Source: an uncultured Roseburia sp. (GTDB taxonomy: Bacteria > Bacillota > Clostridia > Lachnospirales > Lachnospiraceae). From it: DNA of 64,000 nt. The DNA lies in the NCBI GenBank assembly GCA_910577925.1, contig CAJTOI010000011.1, forward strand, positions 33,491 to 97,490. Direction: 5' to 3'. Numbering within the stretch: the first letter of the stretch is position 1; each line of letters opens with the position of its first letter. Of the stretch, positions 45,389 to 54,792 are shown one piece after another. The notes beneath the pieces were generated by a model. The model worked only from the letters and a program-made list of their open reading frames with translations, was not told the origin of the DNA and searched no databases. The position numbers and the translations under genes were made by a program.

Positions 45389-45579
45389 TTGAGGGAGGGG
45401 ATGGTGAGGCGAATTTCGCCTACTATGCCCTCCATAAACTTCACATCCGGCCTTCTGTATTTCTTGAAATGGAGGAGCAGGAAAAGGCGTTTGTGATTGC
45501 CGCGATTAAAATCCGGCTGGAAAACGATAAAAAAGAAAGACAGAAAGCGGCAGACAAAGCGAAGCGAAGAAGAAAGTAA
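44957..45579 (+). CDS. tail assembly chaperone, predicted -1 frameshift long form
   Basis: The -1 frame is open from 45367 to TAA 45577-45579 and encodes LIEGGDGEANFAYYALHKLHIRPSVFLEMEEQEKAFVIAAIKIRLENDKKERQKAADKAKRRRK. It has no start codon of its own. Confidence 0.6.
45379..45385 (+). promoter_or_regulatory. -1 programmed frameshift heptamer A_AAA_AAC
   Basis: In the zero frame the codons are GCA AAA AAC TGA; X_XXY_YYZ pattern immediately before the stop. Confidence 0.6.
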
Positions 45580-45591
45580 TAGAAAAGGCAG

Positions 45592-48075
45592 GTGGGCAGG
45601 ATGTCAGGTATTCAGGCACAAATTGAGCTGAATGATCATTTCAGCAGTGTTTTAAACTATATTGTAAACGCCGTCAATCTTGCGGCTGCGGCGGAACCGG
45701 TTGAAGTTCCGGTTCACTGGGAGGTGAATGAAGTTCCGGTTTTTACCGGCACGGGAGCAGACCGCTTCCGGCAGGAAGTGCAGAGCGCGGACACCATGTT
45801 GGAACAGCTGTGCAATACACAGAATGCGATTGCGAAGCAGGCATACGAAACCATGCTGTTTCCGCCGGAAGCATTTCAGAATCTGAACACATTAGCGGTC
45901 AGAATTGATACGGTGCGGGAACGCATCCGGCAGATTGAGAGTAATCCGGTAAACATCGGAACCGACACTGCTAATGCGGAACTGGAACGTCTGCGCGGCA
46001 GCCTTGGCCAAATGGTGCAGGAACAGGCGGAACTGAACAGCGCCATGCAGAACAAGGACGTTTCAGCCGCAAATGACGCTTATCTGCGCCTGTCTCAGAC
46101 GGTCGGCGGGACAGAGCGTTATATCCGGGACAACGTGGACGAACAGGGGCGGTTTAATCAGGAGATACAAGCCGGGGCACAGCAGACAAACGGGCTGACC
46201 AACATGATAAAAAAAGTGGCGGGCGCATATATCAACGTGCAGAATGCCGGGAAAGTGCTGGATATATCGGATGAGCTGACGCAGGCGACGATGCGGCTTG
46301 ATTTGATGAATGACGGTCTGCAGAGTACGCCCGAGCTTGTCAATATGGTGTATGCGGCGGCGAGAAGTACACACGCCCCGTTTCTGGAAACGGCAGATGC
46401 CATCGCTAAAATGGGGAATGAAGCAGGCGGTGCCTTTGGATCCAATGCGGAATTAATCGCATTTATGGATCAGGCAAATAAACAGTTTGCAATCGGCGGC
46501 GCAGGCGCGGAGGATCAAGCGGCCGCAATGGAGCAATTGCGTCAGGCGATGGCGGCGGGAACGTTTAGCGGGAACGAATTAAATTCCGTTTTGGCCGCGG
46601 CCCCGCAAATTGCAGGGGCAATCGAACAAAGCATGGGTTGGGCAGAAGGCTCTATCATGTCGTATGCACAGGAAGGCGCCGTCACCGCGGAGGTGGTCAA
46701 GAACGCACTGCTTTCTGTGGCAGATGAGACAAACGCGGCTTATGAAAATGTGCCGGTCACATTTTCTCAGATGATGACAGACTTAAAGAGCGGTGCGCTC
46801 AAAGCGTTTCAGCCGCTCCTGCAGGGAATCAATGACATCGTAAACAGCGAGATCTTTCAGAGTTTTGCAGACGGTGCGGTTGAAGCGTTGGGGATACTTG
46901 CCGGGATGGCGACAGATGTGTTTGATATGATGATGGCGGCAGGCGGATTTATCGCGGACAATTGGTCGATTATCGAACCGCTTATTCTGGGGGTGGCTGC
47001 GGCGCTGATTGTGTACAATGCGACGATGGGTATTGCATGGCTTACGACACTGCAAGAGACAGCAGCAAAGATAGCAGGTGTTGCAGCCAGTGGGGCGCAG
47101 GCCGTAGCTACTTTTGCGGCGACGGTTGCGCAGCAAGGATTAAACGCTGCTCTTGCGGCATGCCCGCTTTCATGGATTATTATAGCGATTATTGCTTTGA
47201 TTGCGATTATCTATGCGGCCGTGGCGGCATTTAATAAATTTACCGGAGAATCCGTCTCGGCGACGGGGCTCATCATGGGTGCGTTTGCCGTACTTGCAGC
47301 GCATATCCTGAATACGTTTGTGATTCCGGTTATTAACGGGTTTGCAATGTTTGCAAACTTTATCGGAAATGTATTTCACAATCCGATTGCGGCGATTAAA
47401 GTGCTTTTTTATGACATGTGCCTGAATGTCATCGGCTATATTCAGAATCTGGCGCACGGAATAGAGACGCTGCTCAACAAGATACCGGGCGTGACGGTGA
47501 ATATCACGAGCGGGCTGGACAGCCTTTATGCAGAGTTAGCGGAGGCGCAGCAGGCGGTAAAAGACGAGTCCGGGTGGATTGAGTATGTAGGAAAGATAGA
47601 CTATATCGACGATACAGGCGCAATGAATGCAGGGTATGAGTTCGGCGCCGGCATTGAGGAGACAGTCAGCAATTTCAATCTGTCCGATATCTTCGGCAGC
47701 GGGGGATTACCAGGCTCGCAGGAGAGCCCGTTAAAGGACTTAGTATCGCAATTTGCCGGTGTAATAGGGAATCCGGGGACGGATGATAGTTTCGGCGGCA
47801 ATATGGAAGGGATGAGTGACAATCTCGGCAGTATTGCCGGGGACACCGGCGCGATTAAGGATTCCATGGACATCACGCAGGAAGACCTGAAGTATCTGCG
47901 GGATATTGCGGAGCAGGAAGCGATTAACAGATTTACAACGGCAGAGATTCATGTGGATATGTCAGGTATGAGCAACACGGTCAACAGCGGTGACGATCTT
48001 GACGGATTCATGTCAAAACTGACGGATTCGGTGTATGAAGCGGTTGACAATATGACAGAGGGGGTACATGCGTAA
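45592..48075 (+). CDS. tape measure protein
   Basis: 827 aa, Ala/Gly-rich with coiled-coil-like N-terminus and long hydrophobic central segments. Position after the chaperone pair. ATG 45601 is an alternative start. Confidence 0.85.
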   Translation: MGRMSGIQAQIELNDHFSSVLNYIVNAVNLAAAAEPVEVPVHWEVNEVPVFTGTGADRFRQEVQSADTMLEQLCNTQNAIAKQAYETMLFPPEAFQNLNTLAVRIDTVRERIRQIESNPVNIGTDTANAELERLRGSLGQMVQEQAELNSAMQNKDVSAANDAYLRLSQTVGGTERYIRDNVDEQGRFNQEIQAGAQQTNGLTNMIKKVAGAYINVQNAGKVLDISDELTQATMRLDLMNDGLQSTPELVNMVYAAARSTHAPFLETADAIAKMGNEAGGAFGSNAELIAFMDQANKQFAIGGAGAEDQAAAMEQLRQAMAAGTFSGNELNSVLAAAPQIAGAIEQSMGWAEGSIMSYAQEGAVTAEVVKNALLSVADETNAAYENVPVTFSQMMTDLKSGALKAFQPLLQGINDIVNSEIFQSFADGAVEALGILAGMATDVFDMMMAAGGFIADNWSIIEPLILGVAAALIVYNATMGIAWLTTLQETAAKIAGVAASGAQAVATFAATVAQQGLNAALAACPLSWIIIAIIALIAIIYAAVAAFNKFTGESVSATGLIMGAFAVLAAHILNTFVIPVINGFAMFANFIGNVFHNPIAAIKVLFYDMCLNVIGYIQNLAHGIETLLNKIPGVTVNITSGLDSLYAELAEAQQAVKDESGWIEYVGKIDYIDDTGAMNAGYEFGAGIEETVSNFNLSDIFGSGGLPGSQESPLKDLVSQFAGVIGNPGTDDSFGGNMEGMSDNLGSIAGDTGAIKDSMDITQEDLKYLRDIAEQEAINRFTTAEIHVDMSGMSNTVNSGDDLDGFMSKLTDSVYEAVDNMTEGVHA

Positions 48076-48749
48076 TGGCAGACAGCGGTTATGAATTTTA
48101 CTTAGACAAATGCTTATTGCCTGTGACTCCGTCGAAGCTGGAGTTAAAGATTAACAATGCAAATAAGACGGTAACGCTCATCAATGAGGGTGAGATAAAC
48201 ATTTTAAAACGGGCAAAGCTGACGGATATCGAGTTTACCTGCGAGATTCCGCAGATGAAGTACCCGCATGCCGTCTATAAAGATGGTTTTAAGGGAGCGG
48301 ATTACTTCCTGGACTATTTTGAGTCGCTGAAAAACAGCGGCAAACCGTTTCCGTTTATCGTGTGCCGGGCGCTCAGTGACAAAAAGCTGTTCGGCACAAA
48401 CATGAAGGTAACGCTGGAGGATTACAAGCTGACCGAGGATGCCGGAAACGGCGTTGATCTTGAGGTAAAGATAGCGCTTAAGCAGTGGCGGGATTACGGC
48501 ACAAAAACGGTACATGTAACCGTGACGGCCCAGAAACCGCAGATGTCGGCGGGACCGCAGCGGGAGGGAGCACCGGCACAGCCAGGTACCTATACGGTGG
48601 TAAAGGGGGACTGTCTCTGGAATATCGCCAAACGATTTTACGGGAACGGTTCCATGTATACCGTTATCTACAATGCAAACAAAGGCGTGATCGGCGGGAA
48701 TCCGAATCTGATTTATCCGGGACAGGTGCTGACAATTCCGGCCGTATAA
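48075..48749 (+). CDS. LysM-domain tail protein (XkdP-like)
   Basis: C-terminal Lys[51 protein letters not shown]; ATG overlaps the TMP stop. Confidence 0.85.
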   Translation: MADSGYEFYLDKCLLPVTPSKLELKINNANKTVTLINEGEINILKRAKLTDIEFTCEIPQMKYPHAVYKDGFKGADYFLDYFESLKNSGKPFPFIVCRALSDKKLFGTNMKVTLEDYKLTEDAGNGVDLEVKIALKQWRDYGTKTVHVTVTAQKPQMSAGPQREGAPAQPGTYTVVKGDCLWNIAKRFYGNGSMYTVIYNANKGVIGGNPNLIYPGQVLTIPAV

Positions 48750-48758
48750 GGAGAATTT

Positions 48759-49742
48759 ATGGACATTGAACTTTTAATCGGGGACGAGACGGGGACAAAA
48801 GCGTATCTTCCCGCGGTGGAAGAAGGGATTGAGTGGACGACGGAACGGCGGGGCACACCGGGAAAACTGACGTTTCAGGTATTAAAGGACGACGCTCTCG
48901 ACTTTTCGGAGGGGAGCGCCGTCAGGCTCAAAGCAGACGGACATGAGATTTTCTTCGGCTTCGTATTTAAGCAGCGGCGGGAAAAAGACCGGATTATCAC
49001 GGTCACGGCATATGATCAGCTGCGGTATTTAAAGAATAAAGACACGATTGTCTATGAGAACAAAACCGCTGCGCAGTTTATTCGGATGATCGCAGCGGAC
49101 TATTCCATGAATCCGGGGCAGATCGATGACACCCTGTTTGTGATTGAATCGCGGGTAGAAGAAAACACGTCTCTGTTTGAAATGATAGAGAACGCCTTAG
49201 ACCTCGAGCTGACGAACACGGGGGAGCTGTATGTGCTGTACGATGATTTCGGCCGGTTGAGTTTGAAGCACTTATCGGAAATGTATGTGGGGGATAATGT
49301 AAACGGATACCTGATGATAGATGAGGAAACCGGAGAAAATTTCGAATACACATCCTCCATCGACGACAACACGTTCAACCGGATAAAACTGACTTATGAC
49401 AACGAGGAAACCGGACGGCGGGACGTGTACATCACGCAGGACGGGAGCAATATCAACCGGTGGGGGATTCTGCAGTACTTCGACACGCTGTCGAAAGGCG
49501 AAAACGGGCAGGCAAAGGCGGATGCGCTGTTAAAGCTGTATAACAAAAAGACGCGCAGCTTACGGCTCACAAACGCAATCGGGGATAACCGGGTGCGGGC
49601 AGGGTCGATGGTGATCATCTGTCTCGATCTCGGAGATATGAAGTTAAACAATTTTATGCTGGTGGAGACCTGCAAACACACATATCGGCAGGGGGAACAC
49701 CGGATGGATCTGACATTGAGGGGAGGCGAATTTGTTGGCTGA
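48759..49742 (+). CDS. baseplate hub-like protein (XkdQ/YqbQ position)
   Basis: 327 aa; order and size match XkdQ; family assignment from memory only. Confidence 0.7.
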   Translation: MDIELLIGDETGTKAYLPAVEEGIEWTTERRGTPGKLTFQVLKDDALDFSEGSAVRLKADGHEIFFGFVFKQRREKDRIITVTAYDQLRYLKNKDTIVYENKTAAQFIRMIAADYSMNPGQIDDTLFVIESRVEENTSLFEMIENALDLELTNTGELYVLYDDFGRLSLKHLSEMYVGDNVNGYLMIDEETGENFEYTSSIDDNTFNRIKLTYDNEETGRRDVYITQDGSNINRWGILQYFDTLSKGENGQAKADALLKLYNKKTRSLRLTNAIGDNRVRAGSMVIICLDLGDMKLNNFMLVETCKHTYRQGEHRMDLTLRGGEFVG

Positions 49743-50139
49743 TGCAAACGAGCTGGTTGCGGCGATGAAGAAGGCTGCGACCGAGGCGGTGGAAGCCGGA
49801 AAACCGGTCAATGTATTTTTCGGGAAGGTGAAAGCGGTAAAACCGCTCAATATTGACGTAGAGCAAAAGCTGCTGCTGGGTGAAAAGCAGCTGATACTTT
49901 CGCGGAGTGTGACGGATTACAAGATAACGATTACCGGAGGGAATACGAAGGATTATTATTACACCGGTTCGACAGCGGAATCCGGTACGGCGGCAGTCTC
50001 CCCGCCGCATATACATGCCATCGGAAAAACAGAAATCACCGTGCACAATGGGCTGGATGTCGGAGACGAAGTACTATTGATAAGGCAGCAGGAAGGACAG
50101 AAGTTTTTCGTGATAGAGCGAATAGGAGGTGCGGGATGA
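49732..50139 (+). CDS. DUF2577-like baseplate protein (XkdR position)
   Basis: 135 aa, TTG start overlapping the upstream gene. Confidence 0.65.
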   Translation: MLADANELVAAMKKAATEAVEAGKPVNVFFGKVKAVKPLNIDVEQKLLLGEKQLILSRSVTDYKITITGGNTKDYYYTGSTAESGTAAVSPPHIHAIGKTEITVHNGLDVGDEVLLIRQQEGQKFFVIERIGGAG

Positions 50140-50540
50140 TTCCGTCGACAACCGGATTTTTAAAGCAGGATATTGAAATCAAAGAGCAGCCGGGCAAAAC
50201 CTATGGGATGGACTTAAACGGCGATTCCGTCCGCGGGTATGCGGACGGGCGGGAAGCCGTACAGCAGGCGGTTTTCCGCATATTGAACACGGAGCGGTAT
50301 CGGTATCTGATCTACCCGTGGTGGTATGGGATTGAAACAACGGATTTATACGGGGAGCCGCTAAACTGGGTATGCGCGGAGCTGGAGCGCAGAATCGCGG
50401 AAGCGCTTCTTACGGATTCCAGAATCAAAAGTGTGACGGATTTTGAACATGACATCCGCAAAAAAGGAACGGTCCACACGACTTTTACCGTAAATACGAT
50501 ATATGGAGATGTGCGGGGGGAGAGAGAGGTGAGCATATAG
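50136..50540 (+). CDS. DUF2634-like baseplate wedge protein (XkdS position)
   Basis: 134 aa, 4-nt overlap with the upstream gene; block AVFRILNTERYRYLIYPWWYG. Confidence 0.7.
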   Translation: MIPSTTGFLKQDIEIKEQPGKTYGMDLNGDSVRGYADGREAVQQAVFRILNTERYRYLIYPWWYGIETTDLYGEPLNWVCAELERRIAEALLTDSRIKSVTDFEHDIRKKGTVHTTFTVNTIYGDVRGEREVSI

Positions 50541-51743
50541 ATGTATGAAAAAATGACAGATGATTTTCTGCGGGAACGGATGCTGGCGCGGGTATCGGAT
50601 AAGCTGGATAAACGGCCGAGCGCCCTGATATATGACACGCACGAGGCGACGGCAAACGAACTCGCAATCTTATACATTGAACTTGAATATCTGGTTAAAA
50701 ACTCATACGGCGATACGGCGGCCCGGGAATTTCTGACTTTACTGTGCAGGGACCGCGGAATTACGCCGGAACCGGCGAGCCGCGCCGTATTAAAAGGGGT
50801 ATTCGAGCCGGACAACATTGATGTGACCGGGAAGCGGTTTAACATCGGGGATATCAATTATACGGTCATGGAGCAGATTGCGCCCGGACAGTATCGGGTG
50901 GAATGTGAGTCGGAGGGCGTTATCGGAAACCGATATCTGGGACAGATGATACCGATGGACTACATACGGGGGCTGAACACGGCGGAGCTTGTGGAACTCT
51001 TAATTCCCGGGGAGGACGAGGAGGATACCGAAGCGCTGCGGAAGCGTTATTTTGACAGCTTTAACGAGCAGGCGTTCGGCGGAAACAGGACAGACTATGC
51101 CGCGAAAGTAAAGCGCATACCGGGCATCGGGGCTGTGAAGGTTACCCGCGTGTGGAACGGGGATATCCGTCCGGCCGAGCTGATTCCGACGAGTGCGGTC
51201 ACGGCGTGGTATGAGTCCGTGATAGGCGGCCTTGACAAAGAGACGGCCGATTGGCTGTCTGCGGTCTATCTGGCAGCGCTGCAGAAGAAATTGACGGTGG
51301 GAGGGACAGTGCTGGTTACGGTCGCAAATGCCGATGATTTCGGGGAGGCCGGCGACGTGCTGCTGAATGAAGTGCAGTCCGTGCTTGATCCGGAAGAACA
51401 TGCGGGTGAGGGGTACGGGCTTGCGCCGATCGGACATGTCGTAACGGTGAAAAGTGCAGAACCCGTCGAGATAAACGTCAGTACAACGTTGACGTTTGAG
51501 GACGGGTACGGCTGGAATAACCTGGAAGCATCGATTACAGGTGCGGTGGATGACTATCTGCTGGAGCTTCGGAGCAAATGGGCGGACAGCAATGATACAG
51601 TCGTCAGAATCAGTCAGATTGAATCCCGGATTCTGTCGGTGCAGGGAGTGGCGGATATTAAGGATACAAAACTGAACGGAAACGCCGAAAACGTAATATT
51701 GGGCGCGTATGAAATTCCGGTAACGGGAGGTGTTGGCGCATGA
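50541..51743 (+). CDS. baseplate J-like protein (XkdT position)
   Basis: 400 aa, starts directly after the upstream stop; size and order of Baseplate_J proteins. Confidence 0.8.
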   Translation: MYEKMTDDFLRERMLARVSDKLDKRPSALIYDTHEATANELAILYIELEYLVKNSYGDTAAREFLTLLCRDRGITPEPASRAVLKGVFEPDNIDVTGKRFNIGDINYTVMEQIAPGQYRVECESEGVIGNRYLGQMIPMDYIRGLNTAELVELLIPGEDEEDTEALRKRYFDSFNEQAFGGNRTDYAAKVKRIPGIGAVKVTRVWNGDIRPAELIPTSAVTAWYESVIGGLDKETADWLSAVYLAALQKKLTVGGTVLVTVANADDFGEAGDVLLNEVQSVLDPEEHAGEGYGLAPIGHVVTVKSAEPVEINVSTTLTFEDGYGWNNLEASITGAVDDYLLELRSKWADSNDTVVRISQIESRILSVQGVADIKDTKLNGNAENVILGAYEIPVTGGVGA

Positions 51744-52270
51744 TTCGAGAAGTCGACCTTGTTTCCTACTTACCGCCGTTTATGGCCAAGTACAGAGAAC
51801 CGGCTGCGGCACTTGAGGCCGAAAATCCCGAGTTTCTGCTTGCGTGGAGCGCTGCGGACCGGATTTTAAACAACCGGTTTCTGTCGACCGCGGACGAGTA
51901 CGGAATTTCAAGATTTGAAAAAATGCTGAAGATTTATCCGGACAAAGCAGACGACATAGAAACGCGGAGAACGCGGGTGCTGCTGCGCTGGAACAACCGC
52001 GTGCCGTATACGCTGCGCAGCCTGACGGCGAAGCTGAATGAGGTTTTAAAAGGCGGGCATAACTTTGTGCTCGAGCTGAAGGAGTATGAGCTTGTTTTGA
52101 CGGTATACGGGTTAGACGACAGTCAAAATGCGGAATTAGAGTATGTGCTGTCCGTAATGGTTCCGCTGAATATAACGACAGACATCATATATGAAAGCCC
52201 GCTTGCGGGGAGTGTGTTTTTCGGCGGAATTATGCAGGAAGCAGATCTGATCGAACTGAGAGAAAGGTAG
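51740..52270 (+). CDS. DUF2313/YmfQ-like tail protein (XkdU position)
   Basis: 176 aa, 4-nt overlap; N-terminal YLPPFMAKYRE...LSTADEYGISRFEKML block. Confidence 0.7.
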   Translation: MIREVDLVSYLPPFMAKYREPAAALEAENPEFLLAWSAADRILNNRFLSTADEYGISRFEKMLKIYPDKADDIETRRTRVLLRWNNRVPYTLRSLTAKLNEVLKGGHNFVLELKEYELVLTVYGLDDSQNAELEYVLSVMVPLNITTDIIYESPLAGSVFFGGIMQEADLIELRER

Positions 52271-52279
52271 GGAAAAGAG

Positions 52280-53692
52280 ATGGCATGGACAGGATTAACG
52301 CTGACGGTAGACGGAAGAAATGCGCTGAACCAGGCACAGATGAACAACAGATTGTGCTTTAAGGCGATTGTGATAGGGGACGGAAATCCTCCGGGAAATT
52401 TTGGGACGCAAAAGAGTCTGGTACATCCGTTATATGAGCTGACCGACTTGAAAGTCGACATGACGGACGAAGGCTGTGCTTTGACAGCGGACTTTCCTGC
52501 AGTCGACGCCGATTATTATTTTCGTGAAATCGGTGTGATCGTCGCCACGGAAGACGGCGATAAGCTGTATGTGTATGATAATTGCGGGGACGATGCACAG
52601 TACATTGTGTCCACGACGGGGGCGGAGCGGACACAGAAGAGGATACGGCTTTATCTGACAATCAGTGATGTTGCGGATGTCGCGGTGTCTGCGCCCGCCA
52701 TCCTGTATGTCGATTATGACGAGTATGAAAAGGATATCGAAGAATTGAACCAGAAGATCGATGTACTGGGTACAAATGATATCTCAGGTATTGGGGATGG
52801 GAGTGTGACGGGGGCCCTTACTGCACTGAAAGAATCAACGTCAAATAATGAAGATGCCTTGATAGCATTGGAACAGGTGATGGGTACAAAAGCAGGACAG
52901 GCAGAGACGGAGTCCGCCCTTGCCCGAAAGCTTGATAAAACCGGGGATGCGAAAGACACCACAGTGACATTTGCGAGTGCCGATGTGGCGGACGGAGGCG
53001 CAGGTGCGTGGACGAGTGTTGGGAAACTGTCAACAGGTGAAAAACTTGGCAGTGCATTTAATAAGGTATCAATGATGTTTAAAAATATCCGATATCTGTA
53101 TAAAATGCTCGGGACGACAAATATATCAGCGATTGGTGGAGGGACGGTGACGGGGGCAATCAGTAAGTTAAACACCGATTTGGGTGGGAAACAAAACGCT
53201 GCGACCGCTATAAATACTTCTAATATTGGTAGCCAGAGAGTAAATTATGCTACATCCTCTGGGACTGCAACGAAAGCCACACAGGACGGAAACGGACGCA
53301 ATATCGTAAATACCTATCTGCCCAAAAGTGATACTGGGGTTTATTACGGAGCGTCATTAACGACTGCAAAATCAATTCCAAATGATGTTGAAATAGAAAT
53401 ATTAACCGTTACAGCGGCCGTAACGGGTATTTACATGATTTTAGGCCAGGTCAATTTTGTGAGCAATAAAACAGGTCTGCGATATATATTGTTTAAAAAT
53501 AATGCCGCAGACGGGTCGTTTGGAGGGGTCCAAGTCGGCGCCTCACAGAGCGGTAAAACACAGGTGCAGGCATTTGGGGTAGGCGCATACGCGATTGGCG
53601 CCGGGGAGAAAGTCCGTTTATACGCAAAGCAAAACAGCGGCGCAGCGTTAAATGTATCGACCGCATACATGTCTCTCGTACGCCTAAAATAA
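52280..53692 (+). CDS. tail fibre / receptor-binding protein
   Basis: 470 aa, last gene of the module. Two copies of an I(S/A)xIGxGxVTGA motif. The C-terminal 169 aa lie inside the segment bracketed by the 15-bp inverted repeats. Confidence 0.8.
   Translation: MAWTGLTLTVDGRNALNQAQMNNRLCFKAIVIGDGNPPGNFGTQKSLVHPLYELTDLKVDMTDEGCALTADFPAVDADYYFREIGVIVATEDGDKLYVYDNCGDDAQYIVSTTGAERTQKRIRLYLTISDVADVAVSAPAILYVDYDEYEKDIEELNQKIDVLGTNDISGIGDGSVTGALTALKESTSNNEDALIALEQVMGTKAGQAETESALARKLDKTGDAKDTTVTFASADVADGGAGAWTSVGKLSTGEKLGSAFNKVSMMFKNIRYLYKMLGTTNISAIGGGTVTGAISKLNTDLGGKQNAATAINTSNIGSQRVNYATSSGTATKATQDGNGRNIVNTYLPKSDTGVYYGASLTTAKSIPNDVEIEILTVTAAVTGIYMILGQVNFVSNKTGLRYILFKNNAADGSFGGVQVGASQSGKTQVQAFGVGAYAIGAGEKVRLYAKQNSGAALNVSTAYMSLVRLK
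53168..53182 (+). repeat. inverted repeat, left copy (inside fibre gene)
   Basis: TTAAACACCGATTTG = fibre codons 297-301 (LNTDL). Perfect reverse complement at 53981-53995. Confidence 0.9.
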
Positions 53693-53980
53693 TTATATCT
53701 TAGATATTGTCATGAGCTGGTATATACCCATTAATTCACAGGTTTTATCAGATCTCAGTGTCATATTGCCAGTCGCGGAGTTGTACACATAATCTATGGT
53801 AATTGTGCCATCGGTGATGCGTCCTCTGGTATTAGTAATACCAATTAATGTATAAAATTTGGCATCGAAATTGATGTAAAATAATATCAAAAAACCTCTT
53901 AATGATATAGAAAATTCTTTTGGCGTATCCTTTCCCAGGTGACCGCCTCTATTCGTTAGGCCATATGTTAAGCTGTTACT
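53693..53980 (-). other. promoterless, inverted alternative fibre C-terminal cassette
   Basis: Minus-strand ORF 53693..53983 (96 codons). It continues in frame from the inverted LNTDL repeat, which is itself preceded by TAA. No RBS or ATG. Its stop abuts the fibre stop. AT-rich (about 35% GC in line 53701-53760). Confidence 0.55.
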
Positions 53981-53995
53981 CAAATCGGTGTTTAA
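53981..53995 (-). repeat. inverted repeat, right copy
   Basis: CAAATCGGTGTTTAA on the + strand; on the minus strand TTAAACACCGATTTG. Confidence 0.9.
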
Positions 53996-54007
53996 TTAAA
54001 ATCGTCT

Positions 54008-54279
54008 AACCATGCTGCATCCGCTGGAACTGCCACCAAAGCGACACAGGACGGGAATGGACGTAATATCGTAACTATTTATTTAACGAAAAGTGATCGG
54101 CGTATATTTCATACACGGCCAGGCGAACTTTGCAAGTAATAAGACCGGATTGCGTCGGTTGGAATTGAAAAATAATAATGTAAATGGTTTGTTTGGAGGA
54201 ACCCAGGCAGGGGCTTCAGGGAGCGGAAAAACGGATGTGCAGGTTGTCGGTATCAGCGGATCGACATTTGCAGCTAGAG
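54008..54279 (+). pseudogene. decayed third fibre C-terminal module (direct orientation)
   Basis: Two frames translate to NHAASAGTATKATQDGNGRNIVTIYLTKSD and IGVYFIHGQANFASNKTGLRRLELKNNNVNGLFGGTQAGASGSGKTDVQVVG. These parallel fibre residues NYATSSGTATKATQDGNGRNIVNTYLPKSD and TGIYMILGQVNFVSNKTGLRYILFKNN.... There is an internal deletion/frameshift and a 3' truncation. Confidence 0.65.
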
Positions 54280-54312
54280 AAAAAGGGAACAAATCATTTC
54301 TGATTTATTCCC
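54280..54312 (-). repeat. copy B of the 33-nt terminator-like repeat
   Basis: AAAAAGGGAACAAATCATTTCTGATTTATTCCC, 31/33 identical to 23647-23679, same orientation. Confidence 0.8.
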
Positions 54313-54645
54313 CCAACAAAATTGCGGTACTGCTTTAAAATGGAACCGGTGCGTATATGTGCGCCATTCGTTTAAAATAAGTCTAATGTAACATTTCCGG
54401 CGAGTCATTAAAACGCCTGGATTTGTGGCGACATTTGACAAGAGATGTCCATACATAAAGAATATTATGTAGTAAATGATATGAATAAAAACGGAGAGAG
54501 CAGACACTTGGATTTTTGGGGAACGTCGTTGGAAACTTCATAAATTAGGCGAATGCAAGAAGAGCTGCGGAAAAATAGTGAATCGAAATCATATGAGATT
54601 TAAAAATTTTCATTAGTGACAGGTTATGGTTATTGTCTGGTATGG

Positions 54646-54689
54646 TATAAGAACCCACATATAAAGTGCGGGTTCTTATACTTATTTTT
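54646..54689 (+). terminator. terminator-like hairpin at the end of the AT-rich tail-cluster remnant
   Basis: TATAAGAACCC pairs with GGGTTCTTATA, followed by CTTATTTTT. Confidence 0.55.
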
Positions 54690-54792
54690 CCTATGAAAAG
54701 GTGAATATTTTCTTGGCCTGTTTGATTAAAAAACAGACATATGAAAAAGTGTTACAGGCAATACAGGCTTCCGGCTTCGATAGAATCCCAAT

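Larger units (their letters stand above)
41366..54312 (+). mobile_element. head-less phage-tail gene cluster (defective prophage / candidate R-type tailocin locus)
   Basis: ImmA+XRE pair, then PBSX-order tail genes only; no capsid, portal, terminase, integrase or lysis ORFs. The right end is an AT-rich decayed region. Confidence 0.75.

Noticed and set aside
53160-53190. Similarity of the crossover repeat to Hin/Gin hix/gix sites.
   Set aside because: Only loose resemblance (AAAC...GA...TTTGG). Identity between the two copies ends after 15 bp, and no 26-bp two-half-site structure is evident. No recombinase class is claimed.
43129-53692. Extracellular contractile injection system (PVC/Afp-like) or T6SS.
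   Set aside because: Gene order and families follow the PBSX Xkd tail module, including a LysM protein and a frameshifted chaperone. There is no AAA+ ATPase, no Afp16-like cap, no toxin-cargo genes and no membrane-complex genes.
53240-54290. Diversity-generating retroelement (VR/TR pair) as the explanation for the duplicated fibre C-terminal sequence.
   Set aside because: There is no reverse transcriptase ORF anywhere in the window. The two copies differ by scattered substitutions of all kinds plus indels, not by adenine-specific changes.
23647-54312. The 33-nt direct repeats as attL/attR of a 30.6-kb integrated element.
   Set aside because: The interval contains core genes (tadA, ffs, pta, tRNAs) and no integrase. 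Copy A is adequately explained as the rbr terminator.
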